DNA of 64,000 nt from Rhodospirillaceae bacterium (GTDB lineage: Bacteria; Pseudomonadota; Alphaproteobacteria; SHVP01): assembly GCA_002722055.1 (NCBI GenBank), contig PBKD01000005.1, forward strand, positions 17,852 through 81,851. Direction: 5' to 3'. Below the pieces are notes generated by a model. The model had not been told where the DNA came from. It saw only the letters and a program-made list of their open reading frames with translations, and made no database searches. The first letter of the stretch is position 1. Each line of letters begins with the position of its first letter. Positions 42,839-54,774 of this stretch are shown here, piece after piece. The position numbers and the translations under genes were made by a program.

Positions 42839-43828
42839 ATGGTTGATATTTCTAAGGGTCTATCTGTTAAAAATAATAATAAATTAGATTACTATTATTT
42901 TATGCAACTTATTCGCCGTTTTGAGGAAAAAGCGGGCCAAATGTATGGAATGGGGCTTATAGGTGGTTTCTGTCACCTTTATATTGGACAAGAGGCTGTT
43001 GTTGTTGGTGCTCAGTCAGCTATATCTCAAGATGATGCAGTAATCACACTTTATAGAGACCATGGTCATATGCTTGTTGCTGGTGTTCACCCAAAATATG
43101 TTATGGCAGAATTAGCAGGTAAAGCGTCTGGTTGTTCTAAAGGTAAAGGTGGTTCAATGCACATGTTTGCTAAAGATAAAAATTTTTATGGTGGACACGG
43201 AATTGTTGGCGCTTCTACAACCTTAGGAACTGGTATTGCATTTGCCAATAAATATTTATCTAATGATCAAGTAACATTGGCATATTTTGGTGATGGTTCT
43301 GCAAACCAAGGTCAAGTTCACGAGTCTTATAATATGGCAGCTTTATGGTCCTTGCCAGTTATCTATATTATTGAAAATAATCAATATGCAATGGGTACCT
43401 CAGTATCACGTTCAACTAAACAAAAACAGCTTTTTAAGAGAGGTGAAGCATTTGGTATTCCTGGTTCTAAGGTAGATGGTATGAGTGTATTAGATGTAAA
43501 AAAAGCTATTCAAAAAGCTGTGAAACATGTTAAGTCAGGAAAAGGCCCTTATATTATAGAAGCAATGACATATAGGTATAGAGGTCATTCAATGTCAGAT
43601 CCAGCTAAATACAGATCAAGAGAAGAGGTTAAAAAAATAAGATCAGATAGTGATCCTATTCAATCTTTTAGTGATTATTTAATCGATAATAAGCTTACAT
43701 CAGAGGGTGAATTAAAAGATATAGATAAAGAAATTAAAAAGATAATTGCTGATGCTGCTCTTTTTGCTGAAGAGAGTTCAGAACCAGAATCTGAAGAATT
43801 ATATAAAGATATTTTAATAGAAGTTTAA
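42839..43828 (+). CDS. pdhA: Pyruvate dehydrogenase E1 alpha
   Basis: Motifs GFCHLYIGQEA, GKGGSMH, GDGSANQG and YRYRGHSMSDP. Confidence 0.97.
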   Translation: MVDISKGLSVKNNNKLDYYYFMQLIRRFEEKAGQMYGMGLIGGFCHLYIGQEAVVVGAQSAISQDDAVITLYRDHGHMLVAGVHPKYVMAELAGKASGCSKGKGGSMHMFAKDKNFYGGHGIVGASTTLGTGIAFANKYLSNDQVTLAYFGDGSANQGQVHESYNMAALWSLPVIYIIENNQYAMGTSVSRSTKQKQLFKRGEAFGIPGSKVDGMSVLDVKKAIQKAVKHVKSGKGPYIIEAMTYRYRGHSMSDPAKYRSREEVKKIRSDSDPIQSFSDYLIDNKLTSEGELKDIDKEIKKIIADAALFAEESSEPESEELYKDILIEV

Positions 43829-43852
43829 TGTTATTTTAAGAAAGATATTTTT

Positions 43853-45202
43853 TTGACTATAGAAATTTTGATGCCGGCTCTATCCCCTACAATGGAAGAG
43901 GGAACATTATCTAAATGGTTAGTTTCTGAGGGCGATAATATTAAAGCTGGTGATATAATTGCAGAAATTGAAACTGATAAAGCAACTATGGAAATTGAAG
44001 CTGTAGATGAAGGTATCTTATCAAAAATATTAGTTCCTGGAGGATCTCAAAATGTCTCAGTTAATTCTGTAATAGCTCATTTAACTAATAATATCGAAGA
44101 TAGTAACAATCAAACACAAGAGAAAAAAAATAATATCTCACCTGAAGATAATAATGTTACTTATAAACCGTCCCAAAATGAAAATGATTTTGCAAACTAT
44201 AGTGAACCTCAAAAAACTGAAAATTTTATTTCAGTTAGAGAAGCATTAAGGGATGCTATTGCTGAAGAAATGAGAAAAGATGATAGAGTATTCCTAATGG
44301 GAGAGGAGGTAGCAGAATATCAAGGTGCTTATAAAGTAAGTCAAGGTTTATTAGATGAATTTGGATCTAAAAGAGTGATTGATACACCAATTACTGAACA
44401 TGGATTTGCAGGTATAGGTGTTGGTGCAGCTTTTAGAGGATTGAAACCCATAGTAGAATTTATGACTTTTAACTTTGCTATGCAAGCAATTGATCACATT
44501 GTAAATTCTGCTGCAAAAACTCTCTATATGTCAGGTGGAAGTGTATCTGTTCCCATAGTTTTTAGAGGCCCAAATGGTGCCGCATCAAGAGTTGCTGCTC
44601 AGCATTCACAAAATTATGCATCATGGTACTCTCAAATCCCAGGGTTAAAAGTTGTTGCTCCATATTCTGCCTCAGATGCAAAAGGTTTACTTAAATCATC
44701 AATATTAGATCCAAACCCAATTGTATTTTTAGAGAATGAGTTGCTCTATGGGGAAAAATTTAGTATCCAAGAAGATAAAGAAACTTATATCCCAATCGGT
44801 AAAGCCAAAAAAATAGTAGAGGGTAATGATGTTACTATTATTGCTTACTCAATATCAGTGAAATTTGCAATTGAGGCAGCTGATTATCTTTTGCAAAATC
44901 ATGGTGTTAATTGTGAAGTAATTGATCTTCGTACATTAAGCCCACTTGATGAAGAAACAGTACTAGATTCATTGAAAAAAACTAATAGAGTGGTAGTAGT
45001 TGAAGAAGGTTGGTCAATTTGTGGTATTGCGTCTGAAATATCAGCTTTAATTATGGAGAGAGGTTTTGATGATTTAGACGCACCTGTTATAAGAGTAACT
45101 GGTAAAAATGTTCCAATGCCATATGCAGCAAACCTTGAAAAGTTAGCATTACCATGTGTTGATGAAATTGTTAAAGCTGTAAAAGCAGTAAGCTATATTT
45201 AA
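43853..45202 (+). CDS. pdhB: Pyruvate dehydrogenase E1 beta with N-terminal lipoyl domain
   Basis: [11 protein letters not shown] and ETDKA lipoyl domain; [12 protein letters not shown] and DTPITE; TTG start. Confidence 0.97.
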   Translation: MTIEILMPALSPTMEEGTLSKWLVSEGDNIKAGDIIAEIETDKATMEIEAVDEGILSKILVPGGSQNVSVNSVIAHLTNNIEDSNNQTQEKKNNISPEDNNVTYKPSQNENDFANYSEPQKTENFISVREALRDAIAEEMRKDDRVFLMGEEVAEYQGAYKVSQGLLDEFGSKRVIDTPITEHGFAGIGVGAAFRGLKPIVEFMTFNFAMQAIDHIVNSAAKTLYMSGGSVSVPIVFRGPNGAASRVAAQHSQNYASWYSQIPGLKVVAPYSASDAKGLLKSSILDPNPIVFLENELLYGEKFSIQEDKETYIPIGKAKKIVEGNDVTIIAYSISVKFAIEAADYLLQNHGVNCEVIDLRTLSPLDEETVLDSLKKTNRVVVVEEGWSICGIASEISALIMERGFDDLDAPVIRVTGKNVPMPYAANLEKLALPCVDEIVKAVKAVSYI

Positions 45203-45217
45203 TTACAGGAGTTTCAT

Positions 45218-46534
45218 ATGCCTATATCAATTAAAATGCCCGCTTTATCGCCTACAATGGAAGAGGGTTCTTTATCTAAATGGTTAGTAAAAGAAGGTGA
45301 TAAAATACTTGCTGGTGATGTAATAGCTGAGGTTGAAACTGATAAAGCTACTATGGAAGTAGAAGCGGTAGAAGACGGTATATTTAGTAAAATTTTGGTT
45401 TCTGAAGGTTCTCAATCGGTACCTGTTAACAAAGTTATTGCATTAATGCTGGAAGAGGGAGAAGATGAAAAATCAATTGATAAATTTGATATTAGTAATT
45501 CTGAAGAGCAAAATATTTCTAAAAAAACAATAGAGGAACAGAAAAGCAAATCAGAAGAAAGTATAGAGAATAAGAATTCTAAATTAGAAAAAACCTCATC
45601 TATAAATAATAATATTGATAAGGTATTACCTGCAAAAGTAGTTAAAATAGATCAAGGTTTAAAGAAAGTAATTGCTAGCCCTTTGGCTAGAAGAATGGCA
45701 TCTCAAGCAAATTTAGATTTAAACATTATTACTGGTTCTGGCCCAAAAGGTAGAATAGTAAAAAATGATATCCTTGCTTATATTGATAAATCAGATAACA
45801 GTAATCAAGTTAAAAATATTAGTGAAGATTTTATAAATAATTCTGATGATTATACTGAAATTCCAAATTCTAATATGCGTAAAATAATAGCGCAAAGGTT
45901 AACACAATCAAAGCAGGAGGTTCCACATTTTTATCTAACTGTGGATTGTATAATTGATGATTTATTATCATTGCGTAAAGAATTAAATAATAGATCTAAA
46001 GATGGAAAATTTAAATTATCAATTAATGATTTTGTCATTAGCGCAGTAGCTCAATCTTTATCAAAGGTTCCTGAAACAAATTCTAGTTGGTCAGAAAAAT
46101 CAATAATCCAGTACAAAAATATTGATATATCAATTGCAGTAGCGTTAAAAGACGGTTTAATAACACCTGTAATTAGAAACGCAAATCATAAAGGCCTTGC
46201 TGAAATATCAAATGAGATGAAAGATCTAATTATTAAGGCTAATAATAATAAGCTTAAACCGGAAGAGTATAAAGGTGGTACTTTTTCAATATCTAATTTG
46301 GGAATGTATGGAATAAAAGAATTTTCAGCTGTAATTAACCCCCCCCAAGGAGCTATCCTAGCAGTTGGAAAAGGGGAACAAAGAGCTGTTGTTATAGGTG
46401 GTGCTCTATCTGTAGCAAATGTTATGACTTGCACACTTTCTTGTGATCATCGGGTTGTAGATGGTGCAGTAGGATCAAAATTTCTTACTCAATTTAAAGA
46501 GTTTATGGAAGATCCTGTATCTATGATGCTTTAA
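45218..46534 (+). CDS. pdhC: Pyruvate dehydrogenase E2 dihydrolipoamide acetyltransferase
   Basis: Lipoyl domain, ASPLARR E3-binding domain and DHRVVDG catalytic motif. Confidence 0.97.
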   Translation: MPISIKMPALSPTMEEGSLSKWLVKEGDKILAGDVIAEVETDKATMEVEAVEDGIFSKILVSEGSQSVPVNKVIALMLEEGEDEKSIDKFDISNSEEQNISKKTIEEQKSKSEESIENKNSKLEKTSSINNNIDKVLPAKVVKIDQGLKKVIASPLARRMASQANLDLNIITGSGPKGRIVKNDILAYIDKSDNSNQVKNISEDFINNSDDYTEIPNSNMRKIIAQRLTQSKQEVPHFYLTVDCIIDDLLSLRKELNNRSKDGKFKLSINDFVISAVAQSLSKVPETNSSWSEKSIIQYKNIDISIAVALKDGLITPVIRNANHKGLAEISNEMKDLIIKANNNKLKPEEYKGGTFSISNLGMYGIKEFSAVINPPQGAILAVGKGEQRAVVIGGALSVANVMTCTLSCDHRVVDGAVGSKFLTQFKEFMEDPVSMML

Positions 46535-46551
46535 AATATTTTTGGTTAATT

Positions 46552-47955
46552 ATGACAGTTAAAAAAACATATGATTTGATAATTTTAGGAGGAGGACCAG
46601 CAGGGTATGTTGCTGCCATTAGAGCTGCTCAACTAGGGTTAAAAGTAGCTTGTGTAGAAAAAGACAATGTTGGAGGAATATGTCTAAACTGGGGATGCAT
46701 TCCTACCAAAGCCCTACTAAAATCAGCAGAAGTTTTCCACTTAATAAACAATGTAGAAAAATTTGGCATTTCAGCTGATAATATTCAATTTGATATTAAA
46801 AAAATTATAAAAAGAAGCAGGGATGTTTCAAAAAAACTGACAAATGGTGTAAATTATTTATTAAAAAAAAATAAAGTAGATTTAATAAAAGGTCATGGGA
46901 AAATAATTAGTCCTAATAATTTATTAGTTTTTCAAAATGATTCATCAATCAATTTAAGTGCTGAAAATATCATTATAGCAACAGGTGCAAGATCTAGAGA
47001 TTTAGATAAAATTAAATCTGACGGAGTTAATGTTTGGAATTATAAAAATGCAATGATACCTGAAAAGTTACCATCATCTATTCTTGTTATTGGTTCAGGT
47101 GCAATAGGAGTGGAGTTTGCAACTTTCTATAATGCATTCAATGTTGACGTAACTATTGTTGAGTTACAAAATAGAATTCTTCCTGTAGAAGACGAAGAGA
47201 TTTCTGATTTCGCTGAAAAAATTTTTAAAAAATCTGGTATAGATATTATCTGTAACTCTAATGTAGAAAGTATAAATATCCAAAAAACTTGTATATCTGC
47301 TGATATTATATCAAAAGATAAACAAATAATTAAAGAATTTGAAAAAGTTATCTTAGCGGTAGGTATTCAAGGTAATGTTGAAGATATTGGGCTGGAAAAT
47401 TTTAATAATATTAAAATTAATAAAAATCATATTGAGGTAGATGAATATTATAGAACTGGTCAGAGTGGCATATATGCTATAGGTGATGTGGTAGGCCCAC
47501 CCTGGTTGGCTCATAAGGCAATGCATGAAGCGATAATTTGTGTTGAAAAAATTGCTAATCTTAAAAATGTTAATCCTTTAAACTTATTAGGTATTCCAGG
47601 TTGTACCTACAGTATCCCTCAGATTGCAAGTATTGGTCTTACTGAATCAGAAGCAAAAAATCAAGGATTTGATATTAAAGTAGGTAAGTTTCCTTTTAAG
47701 GCAAACGGGAAAGCAATAGCCTTAGGAGATGAGGAGGGTTTCGTTAAAACTATATTTGACTCTTTAACAGGAGAATTGATAGGAGCTCATATGATTGGTA
47801 CTGATGTAACTGAGTTAATCCAAGGATATTCAATTGCTAAGAATATAGAAGCTACTGAAGAAGATTTATTTCACACTATTTTTCCACACCCTACATTATC
47901 AGAAATGATGCATGAATCAGTATTGGATGCTTTTGATAAGACACTACATATATAA
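46552..47955 (+). CDS. lpdA: Dihydrolipoamide dehydrogenase
   Basis: Motifs [20 protein letters not shown] and HPTLSE. Confidence 0.97.
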   Translation: MTVKKTYDLIILGGGPAGYVAAIRAAQLGLKVACVEKDNVGGICLNWGCIPTKALLKSAEVFHLINNVEKFGISADNIQFDIKKIIKRSRDVSKKLTNGVNYLLKKNKVDLIKGHGKIISPNNLLVFQNDSSINLSAENIIIATGARSRDLDKIKSDGVNVWNYKNAMIPEKLPSSILVIGSGAIGVEFATFYNAFNVDVTIVELQNRILPVEDEEISDFAEKIFKKSGIDIICNSNVESINIQKTCISADIISKDKQIIKEFEKVILAVGIQGNVEDIGLENFNNIKINKNHIEVDEYYRTGQSGIYAIGDVVGPPWLAHKAMHEAIICVEKIANLKNVNPLNLLGIPGCTYSIPQIASIGLTESEAKNQGFDIKVGKFPFKANGKAIALGDEEGFVKTIFDSLTGELIGAHMIGTDVTELIQGYSIAKNIEATEEDLFHTIFPHPTLSEMMHESVLDAFDKTLHI

Positions 47956-47960
47956 TTAAA

Positions 47961-48905
47961 ATGAGTAATTTAACGTATAAAAAATTAATTAGGCATCCTG
48001 AAAAAGTAAATTTGCCTGATAATCCAATAAAAAGAAAACCAAATTGGATTAGGGTAAAAGCACCGGTTAGTAAGGAATATATTGATACAAAAAATTTAAT
48101 GAGAAATTTAAAACTCAATACAGTATGCGAGGAGGCATCATGTCCTAACATTGGTGAATGCTGGAAAAAAGGACATGCCACATTCATGATACTAGGAGAT
48201 ATATGCACAAGAGGTTGTTCCTTTTGTAATGTTGCAACTGGAAAACCAAATACAGTGGACAAGTTTGAACCATTTAATGTAGCATCTGCAGTAAAAAAAC
48301 TTAATTTAAATCATGTTGTAATTACATCTGTTGATAGAGATGATTTAAATGATGGAGGTGCTTCTCACTTTTGTGAAGTAATTAAAGAAATAAGGATCCA
48401 ATCTCCAAATTCAACTATAGAAGTTTTAACTCCTGATTTTTTAAGAAAGAAAAATGCTTTAAATAAAATTGTCAATGCAAAACCAGATGTTTTTAACCAT
48501 AACCTTGAAACTGTTCCCAGGTTATATAAAAATGTAAGACCTGGTGCAGCTTACTATCATAGTCTTACATTATTAAAAGAAGCAAAAATTTTAGATAAAA
48601 ATATTTATACAAAATCAGGGATTATGGTGGGGTTAGGTGAAACTAATGATGAAATAATTGATGTATTAAAAGATATGCGCAAACATCTAGTTGATTTTGT
48701 AACTATTGGTCAATACCTTCAACCAACAGTTAAACATATTGGTATTGATAGATTCGTCACTCCAAATGATTTTTCTAAATTTGAATCAATTGCCTACGAT
48801 TTAGGTTTTCTAATGGTTTCCTCATCCCCCATGACACGTTCATCTTTTTTTGCAGGTGAAGATTTTATTAAATTAAAAAATAATACAGTTAACCAAATTA
48901 ATTAA
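47961..48905 (+). CDS. lipA: Lipoyl synthase
   Basis: [12 protein letters not shown] and CTRGCSFC radical-SAM motifs; RSS near the C-terminus. Confidence 0.97.
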   Translation: MSNLTYKKLIRHPEKVNLPDNPIKRKPNWIRVKAPVSKEYIDTKNLMRNLKLNTVCEEASCPNIGECWKKGHATFMILGDICTRGCSFCNVATGKPNTVDKFEPFNVASAVKKLNLNHVVITSVDRDDLNDGGASHFCEVIKEIRIQSPNSTIEVLTPDFLRKKNALNKIVNAKPDVFNHNLETVPRLYKNVRPGAAYYHSLTLLKEAKILDKNIYTKSGIMVGLGETNDEIIDVLKDMRKHLVDFVTIGQYLQPTVKHIGIDRFVTPNDFSKFESIAYDLGFLMVSSSPMTRSSFFAGEDFIKLKNNTVNQIN

Positions 48906-48909
48906 GATA

Positions 48910-49350
48910 TTGCCCAAATTATCAAAAAAAAAGAAACTTATATATACCAAGGCTGAATTATGTGATTTAGTATTAGATATTGATTCTTATTCTGAATTTC
49001 TTCCATGGTGTGTTGCCTCAAGAGTTAACAAAAAAGAAAATAGTCTAATCATTGCAGACCTGGTTATAGGCTTTAAAATGTTTAGAGAAAAATTTACCTC
49101 AGAAGTTAAATATAATTACCCTGATGAAATAATTGTAAAGTATATAGATGGTCCATTTAAATATATGAATAATAACTGGAGATTCATAGCTAATAACGAA
49201 TTAAATACTACAGAAGTGTTTTTTGATATTGATTTTGAGTTTAAATCTATAGTCTTTGAGAAAATTATAGGTGCAGTTTTTCATAGAGCTGTTGAAAAAA
49301 TGATTGACGCTTTTGAGTTAAGGGCAATAGATATTTATGGTAAAAGATAA
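48910..49350 (+). CDS. ratA: RatA/Coq10 START-domain protein
   Basis: Motifs YSEFLPWC, GPFKYMNNNW and AFELRA; follows lipA; TTG start. Confidence 0.88.
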   Translation: MPKLSKKKKLIYTKAELCDLVLDIDSYSEFLPWCVASRVNKKENSLIIADLVIGFKMFREKFTSEVKYNYPDEIIVKYIDGPFKYMNNNWRFIANNELNTTEVFFDIDFEFKSIVFEKIIGAVFHRAVEKMIDAFELRAIDIYGKR

Positions 49351-49360
49351 AAAATTATTT

Positions 49361-50341
49361 TTAAATATCTCCGCCAATTTTAATTAGTGTTTTACCCATA
49401 AGCTGTCTTTCTTCAAATAGTTTGTGAAGATTAGGAACCTCATCTAATTTAGAAATTTTATTTATAGGTATTTTCCATTCATTTTTAGAAATTTTATCAT
49501 ATAGTTCCTTGTTCTCAATAAAATTAGATTTGATTTGATGAAAAAATTGTACAAAACCAGTTACGCTATAGGATTTTCCAATTATATCTGAAATACTTAT
49601 TTTTGGAGGTGGGCCAGCTGTTTGACCTAGATAAATAATATTACCAAGAGGAGCTATTATTTGATAATTATATATTGCTTCATTCCCCGATACACCATCA
49701 AAAATTACATTCATTCCCTTTGTGTTTGATATATTATTTAATTCTTCAGGCCAATTTTCTTTATTTCTATTAATTAAATAATCATAACCATATTTCTTTG
49801 CGTAATTACATTTGACATCACTTCCAGCGAGACCATAAACAATAGCGCCATTTGTTTTAGCAATTTGACAAGCTAGTATTCCAACTGCGCCAGCGGCTGA
49901 ATGTATTAAAACATTATCACCTTCTTTTACTTTACCCGCAGAATTTACTAAATGCCATGCTGTAGGTCCACATGTTGAGATGCATGATGAAATTTGCCAA
50001 TCTATATTCTCTGGAATTAGAATTAATGATTTTGTATCAGCAATTGCAAACTCAGCATTACCTCCCCATTGGCCGACAACTGCAACTTTCTTGTTTAATA
50101 GATTTTTATCAACTCCTTGACCTATTTCAACGACTCTACCTGAATATTCGTAACCAGGGGTATAAGGCATTTTTGGTGCACCCCATGATACTCTTGCTGC
50201 TCTTGAGTGAGTATCTAATGGATTAAGAGAACAGTATGCTACTTTTATTTTTACTTGATTAATATCTGGAACTGGCTCTTCAATATTCTTTAATTGTAAA
50301 ACATCATAACTACCCGGTTCTTTAACAACTATTGCTTTCAA
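49361..50341 (-). CDS. Zeta-crystallin/quinone oxidoreductase-like MDR-family NAD(P)H oxidoreductase
   Basis: Motifs MKAIVV, LNPLD, PYTPGYEYSG, VLIHSAAGAVG and C-terminal GKTLI; no Zn-ligand GHE motif. Confidence 0.85.
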   Translation of the reverse strand: MKAIVVKEPGSYDVLQLKNIEEPVPDINQVKIKVAYCSLNPLDTHSRAARVSWGAPKMPYTPGYEYSGRVVEIGQGVDKNLLNKKVAVVGQWGGNAEFAIADTKSLILIPENIDWQISSCISTCGPTAWHLVNSAGKVKEGDNVLIHSAAGAVGILACQIAKTNGAIVYGLAGSDVKCNYAKKYGYDYLINRNKENWPEELNNISNTKGMNVIFDGVSGNEAIYNYQIIAPLGNIIYLGQTAGPPPKISISDIIGKSYSVTGFVQFFHQIKSNFIENKELYDKISKNEWKIPINKISKLDEVPNLHKLFEERQLMGKTLIKIGGDI

Positions 50342-50360
50342 TTTAAATCTCCATATTAAT

Positions 50361-51545
50361 TTAATTTTTAGCTTTAATCATGGGAATTGATCCGAAAAGT
50401 ATAGCACCAATAGCAGCGATCAAAGTAGCTAAAAATAAAACAAGAGCCATATCATAATTAATACTCGAAACTGTCTGGGCAAAGATAGCTCCAATAATTG
50501 TTTGAAAAAATGCTGCAGCACCTGAAGCAGTTCCAGAGATACTTGGTTTAACATTCATTGCTCCAATTTGAGAGCTTGGCATAGCTATACCATTACCAAT
50601 TGAACTTATTGATTGAATAGTAAACATTAATAAGACTGATAAACCAAGATAAAGGTAAAGTGTTAAACCAGATATTCCGGCAATAACAGAAATAATAGCT
50701 CCAATAAAAACCATTTTTTCTATACCAAATTTTTTTGAATATTTGCCTCCAATATAATTAGCAAACATAAAAATTAAAGTAACTATTCCAAAATATATTC
50801 CAAATTCAGAAGCGGGTCTTTTGAGTTCTATAATCATTAAGTATGGGCCTAATGCCATAAAGGACATAAAAGCACCAGGTGCAAAGGCACCTTGCATCGC
50901 AAATCCTAAAAAAATTGGAGATTTTAGAAGTTTTATATATGCTAAAAAAGTATTTTTAATATTATTAATTTCATTATTATTATTTTTTATTTCTGGAAGG
51001 AAAAAAATAATCAATAATAAAATAATAATCCCTATAAAAACTGTTACAATAAAAATAGACCTCCAGCCGAAGTAATCTGATAAAAAACCTCCTAAAATTA
51101 CTGCTATCATAGGAGCAGCAATAAATATTGTAATTAATGTTCCTAAAACTCTAGTAGCTTCATTTGGGCCATATATATCTCTGACTATTGCTCTGGATAT
51201 TACAAGACCACCAGCACCACCAATTGATTGAAGAACTCTTCCAATGATTAAAATAATCACATTAGTAGAAAATACAGCAATAAGAGAACCAATAATAAAA
51301 ATAGTTATACCAGATATAAGAATAAACTTTCTTCCATACTTATCAGATAAAGGACCATAAAAGAGCATAGAGATTGCCATAGTAACTAGAGAAATACTAA
51401 AAGCATATTGCACAACCCCTAATGAAACATCAAAATTTTCTTTTATTGATGGTACAGAGGGAATATATAATTGCATAGCTACTGGACCAGCAGCAGTCAC
51501 AGAAATTAAAGTAATAAAAAAAGGAATTGATTTTTTGTAATTCAT
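50361..51545 (-). CDS. Bcr/CflA (DHA1) family MFS efflux transporter
   Basis: Motifs MQLYIPSVP, YGPLSDKYGRK, GRVLQSIGG and SRAIVRD; about 12 TM segments. Confidence 0.88.
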   Translation of the reverse strand: MNYKKSIPFFITLISVTAAGPVAMQLYIPSVPSIKENFDVSLGVVQYAFSISLVTMAISMLFYGPLSDKYGRKFILISGITIFIIGSLIAVFSTNVIILIIGRVLQSIGGAGGLVISRAIVRDIYGPNEATRVLGTLITIFIAAPMIAVILGGFLSDYFGWRSIFIVTVFIGIIILLLIIFFLPEIKNNNNEINNIKNTFLAYIKLLKSPIFLGFAMQGAFAPGAFMSFMALGPYLMIIELKRPASEFGIYFGIVTLIFMFANYIGGKYSKKFGIEKMVFIGAIISVIAGISGLTLYLYLGLSVLLMFTIQSISSIGNGIAMPSSQIGAMNVKPSISGTASGAAAFFQTIIGAIFAQTVSSINYDMALVLFLATLIAAIGAILFGSIPMIKAKN

Positions 51546-52027
51546 TATAAATGTAAATCTAAAATTAATTTAAGTATTGATTTAGTTGTGAGTTCTCTAA
51601 TTAAAGACCTACCAATATTTCCAAAATTTTTTTTAAGATAAAATTTATTTTGTTCATAGATAATTCCAATATATATTAATCCAACTGGTTTAATTTTAGT
51701 TCCACCTGATGGTCCAGCTATCCCAGTACAAGACACTGAAATAGAAGCATTAGATTTCTTTAATGCTCCCTCTGCCATTGCCATTGCTACTTCTTCGCTA
51801 ACAGCACCATGGGTTTTAATTAATTTTTCTGGAACTCCGAGAATTTCAATTTTTGATTTATCATGATAAGTTATGAATCCTCTATCAAATATTTTTGATG
51901 AACCTGGGATATCTATAATTGTTGAAGCAAACTGTCCGCCAGTACATGACTCTGCAGAAGTCAGCATTAAATTTATACTAGATAATTTATCTACAACTTT
52001 TTTAGCTAATTTAAAATTTTTACTCAT
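51545..52027 (-). CDS. cinA: CinA C-terminal domain / NMN deamidase (PncC)
   Basis: Motifs AESCTGG, HGAVSEE and TGIAGPSGG..KPVG. Confidence 0.93.
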   Translation of the reverse strand: MSKNFKLAKKVVDKLSSINLMLTSAESCTGGQFASTIIDIPGSSKIFDRGFITYHDKSKIEILGVPEKLIKTHGAVSEEVAMAMAEGALKKSNASISVSCTGIAGPSGGTKIKPVGLIYIGIIYEQNKFYLKKNFGNIGRSLIRELTTKSILKLILDLHL

Positions 52028-52497
52028 AATATGAATATATTTTTAATAATTATGAATATTATTACAGAATATCCTGCAGCAAGAATATCATCAAACATAA
52101 TTCCAAAACCTCCATCATATTTTTTTTCAAAAAATTTTATTGGCCATGGTTTTAAGATATCAAAAAATCTAAAAATTAATAATGCTAATAAATAAAAGTA
52201 AAAATCTAATGGAACAAACACTAAAACCATCCATTGTCCTGCAACTTCATCAATTACAACCTCTGAAGGATCCTTTTTATTAGTTAATTTACTATATATA
52301 TCTGAAATATATACACCGATAAAAAAAATAAATATTGTAAAAAAAATTAGGAGTAAATCCCCACCTAAATACACTAATAATGCTGCAAATGGAAGAGAAG
52401 CTATGGATCCTAATGTACCTGGAAAGTATTTAAAAGAACCAATCCCAAACCAGGTTACAATTATACGTATTATTAAAAATTTAATTTTTTTAAACAT
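52024..52497 (-). CDS. pgpA: Phosphatidylglycerophosphatase A
   Basis: Motifs PGTLGS, DPSEVVIDEVAG, FRFFDILKP and DDILAA. Confidence 0.95.
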   Translation of the reverse strand: MFKKIKFLIIRIIVTWFGIGSFKYFPGTLGSIASLPFAALLVYLGGDLLLIFFTIFIFFIGVYISDIYSKLTNKKDPSEVVIDEVAGQWMVLVFVPLDFYFYLLALLIFRFFDILKPWPIKFFEKKYDGGFGIMFDDILAAGYSVIIFIIIKNIFIL

Positions 52498-53671
52498 TTA
52501 TATTTTTTACTAAAACTATTGTTTGACACGCTATACCTTCTTCACGACCCAAAAAACCTAGTTTCTCAGTCGTTGTAGCTTTTATATTTATATTATTTTC
52601 ATCAATTTTAGTCAAAATTGAAATTTGTTTTTTTATATCATTTTTATAACTATAAATTTTTGGTTTTTCACAAATTATAGTTATATCTATGTTAATTATG
52701 ATAGTATTATTTGCTTCTAGAATTCTCATAGTATTTTCTAAAAAAAGAGCTGAATCAGAATCTTTCCATTTTTTAGTGTTGTCGGGAAAATGTTCGCCAA
52801 TATCACCTTTTCCAACTGCTCCAAGGAGAGCATCGGTTAGAGAATGGAGTACAACGTCAGCATCAGAATTACCCAATAGACTTTTTGTAAATGGTATAGT
52901 AACTCCACCTAGCTTTAAAAAATTACCAGTAGTAAATTTATGTACATCAAAACCTTGGCCGACTCTAAAATTATTATCATTTTTATTAATTAACATATTT
53001 GCTTTTTCCATATCTGAATTTGTAGTAATTTTATAATTATTCTCATTTCCATCAATAAACTTTATGGGCATATTATTTTTTTCCGCAACAGAAGAATCGT
53101 CATAAAATAATTTTAAATTTTCAATATTTAAATGGGACTTATAAATACTTTTAAAACAAAAAATTTGAGGTGTTTGAATTTTAATTAGTAAGTTTCTATC
53201 AATATATTTATATTTTTTTTTATCACTATCAAATATTTTTAGAGAGTCATTAATAGGTAAGAACGGCACTACACCTAAATTTTCTTCAACCTCACTTATA
53301 AGTTTATTTATTATTTGGTTATATAAAAATGGTCTTGCAACATCATGAATAATTACATAATTAGGTTCATAGGGTTTTTTGTATAAAAAATTTAAACCAT
53401 TAATTACAGAATCTTGTCTGCTAGGTCCTCCAATTATAGGCTTTGGAAGCTTAATATTTTTAGATAGGTATATTTTATTTATATCATTATAAAATTTTGT
53501 ATGATTTTTATTGATTATAATATGGATATTATCAATTTTTGGGTGTTTTAAAAATTTATCAATAGAGTAACAAATTAAAGGTTTATTATTTATTTTTGAG
53601 TATTGCTTAGGTAATGGATTATTTAATCTTGAGCTTACACCTCCAGCTAATAATAGTGCACATATAATCAA
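52490..53671 (-). CDS. ispDF: Bifunctional IspD/IspF (MEP pathway)
   Basis: IspD motifs LAGGVSSR, HDVARP and QTPQ; IspF motifs GQGFDVH, SDADV, DIGEHF and KATTTEKLGF. Confidence 0.95.
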   Translation of the reverse strand: MIICALLLAGGVSSRLNNPLPKQYSKINNKPLICYSIDKFLKHPKIDNIHIIINKNHTKFYNDINKIYLSKNIKLPKPIIGGPSRQDSVINGLNFLYKKPYEPNYVIIHDVARPFLYNQIINKLISEVEENLGVVPFLPINDSLKIFDSDKKKYKYIDRNLLIKIQTPQIFCFKSIYKSHLNIENLKLFYDDSSVAEKNNMPIKFIDGNENNYKITTNSDMEKANMLINKNDNNFRVGQGFDVHKFTTGNFLKLGGVTIPFTKSLLGNSDADVVLHSLTDALLGAVGKGDIGEHFPDNTKKWKDSDSALFLENTMRILEANNTIIINIDITIICEKPKIYSYKNDIKKQISILTKIDENNINIKATTTEKLGFLGREEGIACQTIVLVKNINV

Positions 53672-53799
53672 TTTTTCAATCCTTCAAAAAAAATTTAGTG
53701 ATTTTAAAATATTTTTATATTAAAAATTAAATGTGTAGAAATATAATTTTTTTTATAATATATTATTTATTTTTCAAACACTAGAATTATATAATTTTT

Positions 53800-54768
53800 A
53801 TGAAAAATATTTTATCTAATTTTGTAAAAGAACATAGAGTTTTTATGGCCCCAATGACGGGACTCACAGATTACCCATTTAGAAAAACGTTATCTTCCTT
53901 TACATCAATTCCCTCATATTCAGAAATGGTTGCAAGTAGAGAGATAATTTACTCTAACGATAAAGTTAAAAAAAAATTATATCGTAATAATAATAGTTCT
54001 TTTTTTATCATTCAAATATTAGGAAATGAACCATATTTGATGAGTGAGGCAGCCAAGTATTGCGAGCAACTGGGTGCTGATATAATTGATATCAATATGG
54101 GGTGCCCTTCAAAAAAAGTTACAGGAAAACTCTCAGGATCAGCTCTTATGAGAAATTTAAATGAAGCAAATGATATAATTAAATCTGTTGTAAATTCAGT
54201 AAAATTACCAGTTACTCTAAAAATGAGATTAGGCTGGGATGAAAATAATTTAAATGCTCCAGAAATTTCAAAAGCTGCTGAAGAGAATGGTGTAAAACTA
54301 ATTACGATACATGGAAGGACAAGGTGTCAATTCTATAAAGATTATGCTAATTGGAAAGAGGTACGTAAGGTTAAAAATAATGTTTTATTACCAATTATTG
54401 TTAACGGTGATATTTATGACAATAATTCAGCAAGAAGAGCCTTAGAGGAATCTTCAGCAGATGGTGTAATGATTGGAAGGGCTGCAATAGGGAGGCCATG
54501 GATACTTCAAAAAATATTATCAAATATAAATAACTCAATCGTGTATAGAAAAGTTTCAACATTAGATAAGTATAATTTTATTAGTCAACATTATGAAGAG
54601 ATTTTATCTCATTATGGTTTTGAGCTTGGGGTAAGAGTTGCACGTAAACACTTAATTAAATATTTTCAGTATCAAAAAGAATTACCCACAAAACTAGTTA
54701 ATTTAACAATTAGGTCTGAATCTCCAAAATTTGTAAAGAATAGTTTAAAAAGTATGTATTTAAATTAA
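53800..54768 (+). CDS. dusB: tRNA-dihydrouridine synthase B (NifR3)
   Basis: Motifs APMTGLTD, DINMGCP, IHGRT, NGDI and GRAAIGRPW. Confidence 0.95.
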   Translation: MKNILSNFVKEHRVFMAPMTGLTDYPFRKTLSSFTSIPSYSEMVASREIIYSNDKVKKKLYRNNNSSFFIIQILGNEPYLMSEAAKYCEQLGADIIDINMGCPSKKVTGKLSGSALMRNLNEANDIIKSVVNSVKLPVTLKMRLGWDENNLNAPEISKAAEENGVKLITIHGRTRCQFYKDYANWKEVRKVKNNVLLPIIVNGDIYDNNSARRALEESSADGVMIGRAAIGRPWILQKILSNINNSIVYRKVSTLDKYNFISQHYEEILSHYGFELGVRVARKHLIKYFQYQKELPTKLVNLTIRSESPKFVKNSLKSMYLN

Positions 54769-54774
54769 AAATTA

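Noticed and set aside
43853-45450. Near-repeat between the 5' ends of pdhB and pdhC
   Set aside because: These are homologous lipoyl domains, normal for alphaproteobacterial PDH.
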